DNA of 25,200 bases, from positions 1-25,200 of the IMG/VR virus record IMGVR_UViG_3300017544_000015; one strand, 5' to 3'. Positions 8,247 to 14,454 of the stretch are shown here, piece after piece (positions within the stretch are counted from its first letter, which is position 1; every line of letters starts with the position of its first letter). This stretch comes from a virus (Duplodnaviria > Caudoviricetes). A model generated the notes under the pieces. That model did no database searches. It saw nothing but the letters and a program-made list of their open reading frames with translations, and was not told where the DNA came from. The translations under genes were made by a program, and so were the position numbers.

Positions 8247-8686
8247 ACAAGCTGCGCGCCCTCACCCAGTACCTGATCGGCCGCCAGCTGGTAGCCGCCG
8301 AGCAGTTGGACAGCTTCGCCGAGCAGGTCAGCCTGACGCTGATCTGGAAGCCCGACCACGACGGCCTGCACATGGCCGATATGCGCTACCGCGCGGTGGT
8401 CCTGCTGGAGCGCCTGGCCGACCACCCCGGCCGTCTGATGGCCCTGCTGGGCAGTTGGCTGGAGACCCACGACCAGGACCGCGACGGCCTGCCCGAACCG
8501 ACTTTCGACGTGGAGCAGTTGGACCCGGACCTGGCCGACGTGGAGATCACCGTCGAGTTCATCGAGCCGCTGTACCTGACCGAGGATGCCCAGGGCGAAA
8601 TCGAAGCCTTCGGCAAGCGCTGGGCCTTCGTGCCCTTCGATCTATGGGTGGCCGAGCACGGCGAGGTGAGCGATGGCCAGGCCTGA
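8243..8686 (+). CDS. tail completion protein (gpR-like)
   Basis: Start MNKLRALTQYL overlaps the gpL stop; synteny with P2 R. Confidence 0.8.
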   Translation: MNKLRALTQYLIGRQLVAAEQLDSFAEQVSLTLIWKPDHDGLHMADMRYRAVVLLERLADHPGRLMALLGSWLETHDQDRDGLPEPTFDVEQLDPDLADVEITVEFIEPLYLTEDAQGEIEAFGKRWAFVPFDLWVAEHGEVSDGQA

Positions 8687-9341
8687 GCTGACCTGCGACG
8701 TGCGCGGCTACCTGGACGCGCGCGCGCAGTTGGCCCTGCTCAACCTGCCGCCGCAGCTACGCCGCCGCTTGCTCAACCGCGCCCTGGTGCGCGCCCGGGC
8801 CATGACCCGGCGGAACGTTGCCGGCCAGCAGACGCCCGCCGGCGAGGCCTTTGCGCCGCGTAAGCGCAAGGCCCGCCGGAAGATGCTCAGCGGCCTGGTG
8901 AAGCCCAAGCACCTGAACGTCACCCAGTTGACCCCCGACCAGGGCGTGCTGGGCTGGCGGAACCCACTGATGGGCCATATCGCCCGTCAGCACCAGGACG
9001 GCTACGTGGAACGTCGCACCGCGGCGCAGATGCGCCGGTGGAACCGGGTACAGCCCAGCCAGGCCTGCACCGAGAAGCAAGCCAAGCGCCTGCGCCGCCT
9101 GGGCTTCCGCGTGCGCCAGAAGGGCCGCCGCGGGCTGTCCCGGCCCTCGGTGGCGTGGATCCAGCAGCACGTTCAGTTCCAGCAGGCCGGCCTGCTGATC
9201 CGCGTACTGAAGAACGAACAGCCCGGCCCATCGAGCTGGGAAATCGTTCTGCCGCGCCGGGAATTCCTCGGCCTCCCCCAACAGGACACCGGGCGCCTGG
9301 TTGCCCAGGTCCTGGACCAGATCCTGAACTCACCCCGATAG
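8673..9341 (+). CDS. virion morphogenesis / tail completion protein (gpS-like)
   Basis: Basic protein with QQTPAGEAFAPRK, IARQHQDG and LPRREFLG motifs. Confidence 0.85.
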   Translation: MARPELTCDVRGYLDARAQLALLNLPPQLRRRLLNRALVRARAMTRRNVAGQQTPAGEAFAPRKRKARRKMLSGLVKPKHLNVTQLTPDQGVLGWRNPLMGHIARQHQDGYVERRTAAQMRRWNRVQPSQACTEKQAKRLRRLGFRVRQKGRRGLSRPSVAWIQQHVQFQQAGLLIRVLKNEQPGPSSWEIVLPRREFLGLPQQDTGRLVAQVLDQILNSPR

Positions 9342-9352
9342 CGAGGCCCGCA

Positions 9353-10465
9353 ATGGCTTTAGGCAGCGTCAGCGTCAACAACCTCAACCTGGGCCAAGGC
9401 GAGATCGACGAGATCGAGCGCCTGTTCCTGTTCATCGGCCCGGCCACGAAGAACACCGGCAAGCTGGTGGCCCTCAATACACAGTCCGACCTGGATGCCG
9501 AGCTGGGCGTCGCCGCCTCGGACCTGAAAACCCAACTGACCGCGGCCCGCCTCAACGGTGGCGAGCGCTGGTCCTGCTGGGCCGCCCCACAGACGGCGGA
9601 TGGCAGCTGGCTCCAGGCCCTGGAACAGGCCCAGCAGGCCGGCGTGCGCGTCGAGGCGGTGGTGATCTGCAAACCGGTGGCCAGCGGCGACGAGTTGCTG
9701 GCTATGCACGCTGCGGCCGTCGAGCAGGGCAACCGCTACGGTCGGCGCCTGTTCATCATGGCGGCCACTGCCGGCATCCAGGCCGGGCAAAGCTGGCCGG
9801 ACTACCTGGCCGCGCAGCGAGCCATCACCGCGGACGTTCTGGCACCGCGCGTACTGGTGGTGCCGCAGGTCCACGGCAACGACCTGGGCATGCTGGCCGG
9901 GCGCCTGGCCAATGCCGCGGTAAGCATCGCCGACAGCCCCATGCGGGTGGCCACCGGCCCCCTGGTAGGCCTGGGCGAGGGCCCCAAGGACAAAGACGGC
10001 CTGCCGTTGGAAATGGCCACCCTGGCCGCCCTGGACCGGGCGCGCTTCTCCGTACCGCAGACATACCCCGATTACCCCGGCTGGTTCTGGGGCGACGCCA
10101 ACCTGCTGGCCGCCCCCGCTGACGACTACCAGGTACTCGAACACCTGCGCGTGGTGGACAAGGCCGCACGGCAGATCCGCGTGCTGCTGATCCAGCGCGT
10201 GGCCGACCGCCGCCTGAACAACACGCCCAACAGCATGGCCGCCAACACGTCGGCGCTGATGGCGCCGTTGCGGGCCATGGCGCGCGCCATGCAGTTCAAC
10301 GGCGTGCAGTTCCCCGGCGAGATCCAGCCCCCGCGCGACGGCGACGTGGTGCTGCGCTGGCTGAGCAAGACCAAGGTCGAGGCGTACATCGTCTGCCGCC
10401 CGCACAACTGCCCGAAAACCCTTATCGCCAACATCGCGCTCGACCTGTCGAGCGGGGAGGACTGA
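9353..10465 (+). CDS. tail sheath protein (DUF2586, HP1-like)
   Basis: Start MALGSVSVNNLNLGQG. Motifs SIADSPMRVATG, YPDYPGWFWGD and CPKTLIANIALDL. Confidence 0.9.
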   Translation: MALGSVSVNNLNLGQGEIDEIERLFLFIGPATKNTGKLVALNTQSDLDAELGVAASDLKTQLTAARLNGGERWSCWAAPQTADGSWLQALEQAQQAGVRVEAVVICKPVASGDELLAMHAAAVEQGNRYGRRLFIMAATAGIQAGQSWPDYLAAQRAITADVLAPRVLVVPQVHGNDLGMLAGRLANAAVSIADSPMRVATGPLVGLGEGPKDKDGLPLEMATLAALDRARFSVPQTYPDYPGWFWGDANLLAAPADDYQVLEHLRVVDKAARQIRVLLIQRVADRRLNNTPNSMAANTSALMAPLRAMARAMQFNGVQFPGEIQPPRDGDVVLRWLSKTKVEAYIVCRPHNCPKTLIANIALDLSSGED

Positions 10466-10468
10466 CGC

Positions 10469-10918
10469 GTGTCCAAGATCAGCGGCAAGAACTTTGACAT
10501 CAACTTGGGCGACCTGATGGTGCACGTGGAGCGCATCAGCCTCGACATCACCGACAACAGCGCGGTGGCCCAGACCCGCGGCGTGCCGGATGGCTGGGTG
10601 GAGGGTGACGTGGCCGGCGCCGGCGAGATCGAGCTGGACAGCGCCAACTTTGCCCTGGTCCTGGAGCGCGCCAAGAGCGCTGGCAGCTGGCGGGCCATGG
10701 AACCGTTCGACGCCGTGTTCTTCGCCAGCACGCCGGCCGAGGAAATGCGCGTGGAGGCCTTCGGCCTGAAGTTGAAGATCTCCAGCCTCCTCGACGTGGA
10801 CAGCAAGGGCGGCGAGAAGACCCGCCACAAGCTGCCTTTCGACATTACCAGCCCCGACTTCGTGCGGATCAACGGCGTGCCCTACCTCGACGCCCGGGAA
10901 ACCGAGAGCCTGCGCTGA
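10469..10918 (+). CDS. tail tube protein (DUF2597, HP1-like)
   Basis: GTG start with a GGAGG RBS. Motifs ISGKNFD, TRGVPDGWVEGDV and TSPDFVRINGVPYL. Confidence 0.9.
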   Translation: MSKISGKNFDINLGDLMVHVERISLDITDNSAVAQTRGVPDGWVEGDVAGAGEIELDSANFALVLERAKSAGSWRAMEPFDAVFFASTPAEEMRVEAFGLKLKISSLLDVDSKGGEKTRHKLPFDITSPDFVRINGVPYLDARETESLR

Positions 10919-11127
10919 TGGTGGATTGGGCCGACCGCGCCCTGGAGCGCGAAGAACAGCACCGCGAGCAGGCCCTCGCCGCGCACCGGCGCAACCGCCC
11001 AGCCGCGCAGGAGAGCCTGCACGACTGCGAGGACTGCGGGCGCGAGATCCCGGAGGCCCGGCGCGCCTTGGGCGGCATGACCCGTTGCGTGCCCTGCCAG
11101 AGCACTTTCGAAAGGAGCCACCCATGA
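10918..11127 (+). CDS. TraR/DksA C4-type zinc-finger protein
   Basis: N-terminal DWADRA (DxxDxA) plus CEDCGREIPEARR...RCVPCQ. Confidence 0.9.
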   Translation: MVDWADRALEREEQHREQALAAHRRNRPAAQESLHDCEDCGREIPEARRALGGMTRCVPCQSTFERSHP

Positions 11128-11429
11128 CAACCCGGACCAGCGCCACACACCGCCTCGGCAGGCTGGAGCAGGACGTCGCCGTGATCTCCCATCGCCTGGC
11201 CGACCTGGAGAGCCAGAACCGCACTGTGCCCACGCGCCTGATCAAGCTGGAGCAGCAGTTCGAGCACCTGTCCGACCAGTTGGGCGAACTGAACCGCGGC
11301 CAGACAAAGCTGACCTCTGTCGTTTCCCGCATGGGGCAGAAGATCACCTGGGCCTTGGCCGTGGCCAGCACCCTGTGGGCGCTGCTGCAACTGGTCGGGC
11401 CCGCACTGCTGAGGATGATCACGCCATGA
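11124..11429 (+). CDS. coiled-coil protein with a C-terminal TM helix, putative holin-like lysis protein
   Basis: AGGAG RBS, heptad-like N-terminal region and hydrophobic C-terminus (ITWALAVASTLWALLQLVGPALL), immediately before the endolysin. Confidence 0.6.
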   Translation: MTTRTSATHRLGRLEQDVAVISHRLADLESQNRTVPTRLIKLEQQFEHLSDQLGELNRGQTKLTSVVSRMGQKITWALAVASTLWALLQLVGPALLRMITP

Positions 11430-11956
11430 GCCTGCGGCGCAAGATCACCCAAGGCTCCATCGCGCTGGCCAGCACTTCGTTGTTGGTGTTCCTGAGCACC
11501 TGGGAAGGCCAGGGCCAGAACACCGTCTACCCCGACCGCCTGGCGGGCGGCCTGCCGACGGTGTGCAAGGGCATCACCCGCTACACCAGCCCGTTCCCGG
11601 TGGTGGTCGGCGACTACTGGTCAGAAGCCCGCTGCGCCGAGGTGGAGCGCCTGGTGATCGAAAAGGGCCAGCTCCAGCTTGCCGACTGCCTCACCAATGA
11701 CCAGGTCACCCAGCCGACCTTCGATGCCCTCAGTAGCCATGGGCACAACGTCGGTGTGCCCAACACCTGCGCGAGCCGTGCGGTGGGCCTGATCAACGCC
11801 GGTGACATCGCCGCCGGTTGCAAGGCGTTGGCCTGGGGGCCGGTCGGCCAGCCGGTCTGGGCCTATGTCACCGAGCCCAACGGTGGCAAGCGCTTCGTCC
11901 GCGGCCTGCACAACCGTCGCCAGGCCGAGATGCGGCTGTGCCTGGAGGGCCTGTAG
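11426..11956 (+). CDS. endolysin, T4-lysozyme-like (GH24), probable SAR type
   Basis: Weakly hydrophobic N-terminus (SIALASTSLLVFL), then WEG...YPD...PTVCKG catalytic region and a GLHNRR C-terminal motif. Confidence 0.9.
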   Translation: MSLRRKITQGSIALASTSLLVFLSTWEGQGQNTVYPDRLAGGLPTVCKGITRYTSPFPVVVGDYWSEARCAEVERLVIEKGQLQLADCLTNDQVTQPTFDALSSHGHNVGVPNTCASRAVGLINAGDIAAGCKALAWGPVGQPVWAYVTEPNGGKRFVRGLHNRRQAEMRLCLEGL

Positions 11957-12465
11957 TGAGCAAGGCGCTATTGCTGGGTATCGCGGCCCTGCTGGGCAGC
12001 CTGCTACTGCTCGCCCTGGAGCGCGGCGGCCTGCTGCAGCAACAGGCCCGGGCGGATGCCGCACTGCAGCAGGCCCACTACGAACTCCAGGGCCTGCGCG
12101 AGGCGGCGCGCATCGCCGGCGAGCAACTGGCCGAGCGCGACGCCATCGATCGCCAACGCACCCACGAACTGAAGGAAGCCCAGGATGAAACCAGCCGCCT
12201 GCGCGCTGCTGTTGACGCTGGCCGTCAGCGGCTGCGCGTCAACGCCACCTGCCCCGCCGTTCGTCTGCCCACCGATGCCAGCGCCGCCGGCCTGGCTGAT
12301 GCAGGCGCCGCCGAACTCGCAGCAGACGCTCGACAGGATTATTTCGCCCTCCGCGATCAACTCGCCCTGAGCCGCCAGATGCTGCTGGGCCTGCAGGACT
12401 ATGCCCGCGCCTGCCAGCGGGCCCGCGCCACCCCCGACCTTTCCCCCAAGAGGACTACGCAATGA
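11956..12465 (+). CDS. Rz-like inner-membrane spanin
   Basis: GTG start, N-terminal TM, coiled coil, and GRQRLRVNATC and ARQDYFALRDQL motifs. Confidence 0.88.
   Translation: MSKALLLGIAALLGSLLLLALERGGLLQQQARADAALQQAHYELQGLREAARIAGEQLAERDAIDRQRTHELKEAQDETSRLRAAVDAGRQRLRVNATCPAVRLPTDASAAGLADAGAAELAADARQDYFALRDQLALSRQMLLGLQDYARACQRARATPDLSPKRTTQ
12185..12370 (+). CDS. Rz1-like outer-membrane lipoprotein spanin embedded in Rz
   Basis: MKPAACALLLTLAVSG/C lipobox and a Pro-rich body (PPMPAPPAWLMQAPPN), in the +1 frame inside Rz. Confidence 0.85.
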   Translation: MKPAACALLLTLAVSGCASTPPAPPFVCPPMPAPPAWLMQAPPNSQQTLDRIISPSAINSP

Positions 12466-12749
12466 CCGAACGTACCGAGATCACCCTGGAGATCGGCGAG
12501 CAGGAATTCACCTTTGAACTGACCCCTGCTGACGTCACCCGCTACTTCAACGGCCTGACCCAGAACAACAAGGTCGCCCCGTCCAACAACCTGCTGACCA
12601 GCACCGTCAAGCAGGAGCAGTTGGCCAGCCTGCGTCCGCACCTGGTCAACCCGATGCTGGTCCTGAAGCTGGCCGGCGCCCTGCTGGAGGAGTACGGCCC
12701 TGACATCGAGGTCACCGTAAAAAAGCGCTCGGCCACGCTGAGCGCCTGA
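12462..12749 (+). CDS. tail assembly chaperone
   Basis: GAGG RBS and NNKVAPSNNLL motif. It ends near a slippery A-AAA-AAG and lies upstream of the tape-measure gene. Confidence 0.85.
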   Translation: MTERTEITLEIGEQEFTFELTPADVTRYFNGLTQNNKVAPSNNLLTSTVKQEQLASLRPHLVNPMLVLKLAGALLEEYGPDIEVTVKKRSATLSA

Positions 12750-12913
12750 GCGAGGACGGCCTGGGCCAGCTGATGGCCCTGGCGCAGCACTGGCTACCTG
12801 GTGCCGAGCCCACGGCGGAAACCTTGGGCACGGCCCGGTGGCTGGAGGAAGAACACTGGCGCCGCATGGAAATTGCCGTGGCCAACGGCATTGCCAGGGC
12901 GCTGAACGGATAG
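12719..12913 (+). CDS. -1 frameshift extension of the tail assembly chaperone (gpE+E'/gpGT-type)
   Basis: In-frame heptamer A AAA AAG at 12719-12725. The -1 frame reads ALGHAERLSEDGLGQLMALAQHWLPGAEPTAETLGTARWLEEEHWRRMEIAVANGIARALNG to TAG at 12911-12913. Confidence 0.8.
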   Translation, partial: KKALGHAERLSEDGLGQLMALAQHWLPGAEPTAETLGTARWLEEEHWRRMEIAVANGIARALNG

Positions 12914-12941
12914 CAAAAGCCCCGCACTGGGCGGGGCTCTT
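12914..12941 (-). terminator. intrinsic terminator (possibly bidirectional)
   Basis: AGCCCCGC-ACTGG-GCGGGGCT stem with a TTTT tract on the minus strand, between convergent genes. Confidence 0.75.
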
Positions 12942-12972
12942 GGAGGTAGGCGATGGCTTATAGCGCAGCGCT

Positions 12973-13260
12973 TTACGCCGCAACTGGGGCGGCGGGATCG
13001 AACTCCGGATCGATGCGTACCGCGATGTATTGCAGGTTGTCGTCGATCAGCCCCAGCCAGGTAACCAAGCCGCACACCGCCTGCTCGTCCAGCATCAGCA
13101 CGCCATCCTCGGTACGCAACAACGTGATCAACAGCTTGAGCTGGTTACGGGTGTCATGGGTCAGGTCCAGCGCATCCAACTGGTTCTCGGTGCGACGCGC
13201 AGCGATGGCCTCTGCGGTTTGGGCTTTGGGGATGCGGGGCTTGATTGGCTTTCGTGCCAT
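12973..13260 (-). CDS. hypothetical protein under C4-like antisense control
   Basis: 95-aa ORF with an AAGGAG RBS (13270-13275) and its own terminator. Confidence 0.8.
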   Translation of the reverse strand: MARKPIKPRIPKAQTAEAIAARRTENQLDALDLTHDTRNQLKLLITLLRTEDGVLMLDEQAVCGLVTWLGLIDDNLQYIAVRIDPEFDPAAPVAA

Positions 13261-13272
13261 GGTGGCAATCTC

Positions 13273-13307
13273 CTTGGTATTTCGTTATCGAGTCGCACCC
13301 TGTTTAG
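13273..13307 (-). promoter_or_regulatory. downstream antisense target boxes (a2/b2-like) overlapping the RBS
   Basis: Minus-strand CTAAACAGG (13299-13307) and TACCAAG (13273-13279). The latter overlaps AAGGAG. Confidence 0.75.
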
Positions 13308-13308
13308 A

Positions 13309-13387
13309 GGTGCCGGGAGCTAAACAGGCCTACCAAGCAGCCCGGACTTCTTCCCCTTTCGGGTCTTGTATCCGTCGCACTCCCGAC
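13309..13387 (-). ncRNA. C4-like (P1 C4 / P4 CI-type) antisense RNA
   Basis: Closing stem GTCGGGAG/CTCCCGGC, an arm CGGA..CCC-GAAA-GGG..TCCG, and a hairpin GGCT-GCTTGGTA-GGCC followed by unpaired TGTTTAG. Both single-stranded elements have complements upstream and downstream. Confidence 0.8.
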
Positions 13388-13448
13388 GTAAAGCATGCGC
13401 CTACAAAGCGCAGGCACAAAAATACCGCATCTGTCGGGGCGGGTCACC

Positions 13449-13474
13449 GCTTGGTAGTTGTAGGCGTGTTTAGC
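13449..13474 (-). promoter_or_regulatory. upstream antisense target boxes (a1/b1-like)
   Basis: Minus-strand GCTAAACA (13467-13474) and CTACCAAGC (13449-13457) are complementary to TGTTTAGC and GCTTGGTAG in the RNA. Confidence 0.75.
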
Positions 13475-13580
13475 GCCTGGGGAAGGACCATACATCGCCC
13501 AGCAATAAGCACCAATATCCCCCAATACCCATCTGCGCAAAACGGAAATGGCCTACTCAAGACGTACTCCCCAAAAGCAA

Positions 13581-13603
13581 GAACCCCGCACGGGGCGGGG
13601 TTC
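13581..13603 (-). terminator. terminator after the NYN gene
   Basis: GAACCCCGC-N5-GCGGGGTTC stem followed on the minus strand by TTGCTTTT. Confidence 0.7.
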
Positions 13604-13630
13604 GGCAGTTGCTTGCAGCTTGAGTCGAGT

Positions 13631-14269
13631 CTACTTCGGCAGAAAACCTGCGGCCTCACGAACCACCAGGTCAGAATGCTCGACCAGCCCCTGCTTAATA
13701 CCGTGCCCCAGGGAGAACAGGATCACCTGCGCGCCCTCGCGACGAGCAAACTTCATCGCGGGGATGAAGTCGCTATCACCAGTGACCAGCACGATCACCT
13801 TCACATGGTGTTTCAGCGTCAGGCTCGCCATGTCGAGGCCGATGCGCATGTCCACGCCCTTCTGCTGGACATTCGCCTTCACTTCGTCCGCTTCAATGGT
13901 GATCGGGAATCGCACGACTCTGTTGCGATTCGCCCTGACCTGATATTGCCAACCAGCCATCGACAGCTCGCCGAAGCGCAGCGACAGGAATGGCAACTCT
14001 TCCAGTTCCGAGTGCAGTGTCTTGTTGAATTTGGCCAGATCAGTCTTGGCGAAGTCGATGACTTCACCGTCCGGGCGCTTGACCTCCACCTCCAGCGGCC
14101 GTGCGTCGTAGAAATAGGCGCGGTGCAGCTGCATGTCATGAAGGTAGGGGTGGACTTTGATCTCGTCGATCAGAGCCTGAACTCGGGCGGCAGTAACTGG
14201 CTGGTTCGGGCTGCGGAGCTTGTGCTTGACGAACCCACCATCAAGGAAGATTGCGTAGGGTCGGCTCAT
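13631..14269 (-). CDS. NYN-domain (PIN-fold, LabA/DUF88-like) putative ribonuclease
   Basis: AIFLDGGF, QQKGVDMRIGLD and LVTGDSDFIPAMKFARREG motifs with the acidic catalytic residues intact; lower GC than the flanking genes. Confidence 0.92.
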   Translation of the reverse strand: MSRPYAIFLDGGFVKHKLRSPNQPVTAARVQALIDEIKVHPYLHDMQLHRAYFYDARPLEVEVKRPDGEVIDFAKTDLAKFNKTLHSELEELPFLSLRFGELSMAGWQYQVRANRNRVVRFPITIEADEVKANVQQKGVDMRIGLDMASLTLKHHVKVIVLVTGDSDFIPAMKFARREGAQVILFSLGHGIKQGLVEHSDLVVREAAGFLPK

Positions 14270-14290
14270 AGGGAGGGGCTTTTCGTAGGC

Positions 14291-14362
14291 AAAAAAATGG
14301 CCGCCAGGCAGGTCGGGACTAAGCCACGGTTATATAAACACCCACAAGGCAGCCGTTTGTGC
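14291..14362 (-). ncRNA. putative structured leader RNA / attenuator upstream of the NYN gene
   Basis: Lies between the promoter and the gene. GGCTGCC pairs with GGCGGCC around a 42-nt interior, followed by A and T7. Confidence 0.5.
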
Positions 14363-14367
14363 GGCGG

Positions 14368-14396
14368 AGTATTGGCGCCCGGGCATTTGTTGTCAA
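14368..14396 (-). promoter_or_regulatory. sigma70 promoter of the NYN cassette
   Basis: TTGACA (14391-14396), 17-bp spacer, AATACT (14368-14373). Confidence 0.75.
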
Positions 14397-14454
14397 CCGA
14401 TTGCCTGGAATTTCAGGCAAATGGCCACGTTGTATTCGCAGCGGGTCGGGCCAA

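Noticed and set aside
9359-11452. Long antisense ORFs (697 aa here; also 1972-3045, 5644-7077 and 14413-15534)
   Set aside because: These are typical stop-poor shadow frames of high-GC coding DNA opposite well-supported genes.
13304-13540. 78-aa minus-strand ORF (Ash-like CGIFVPA text)
   Set aside because: It coincides with the C4-like RNA and its target boxes and has no clear RBS, so it is better explained as RNA. A leader peptide cannot be fully excluded.
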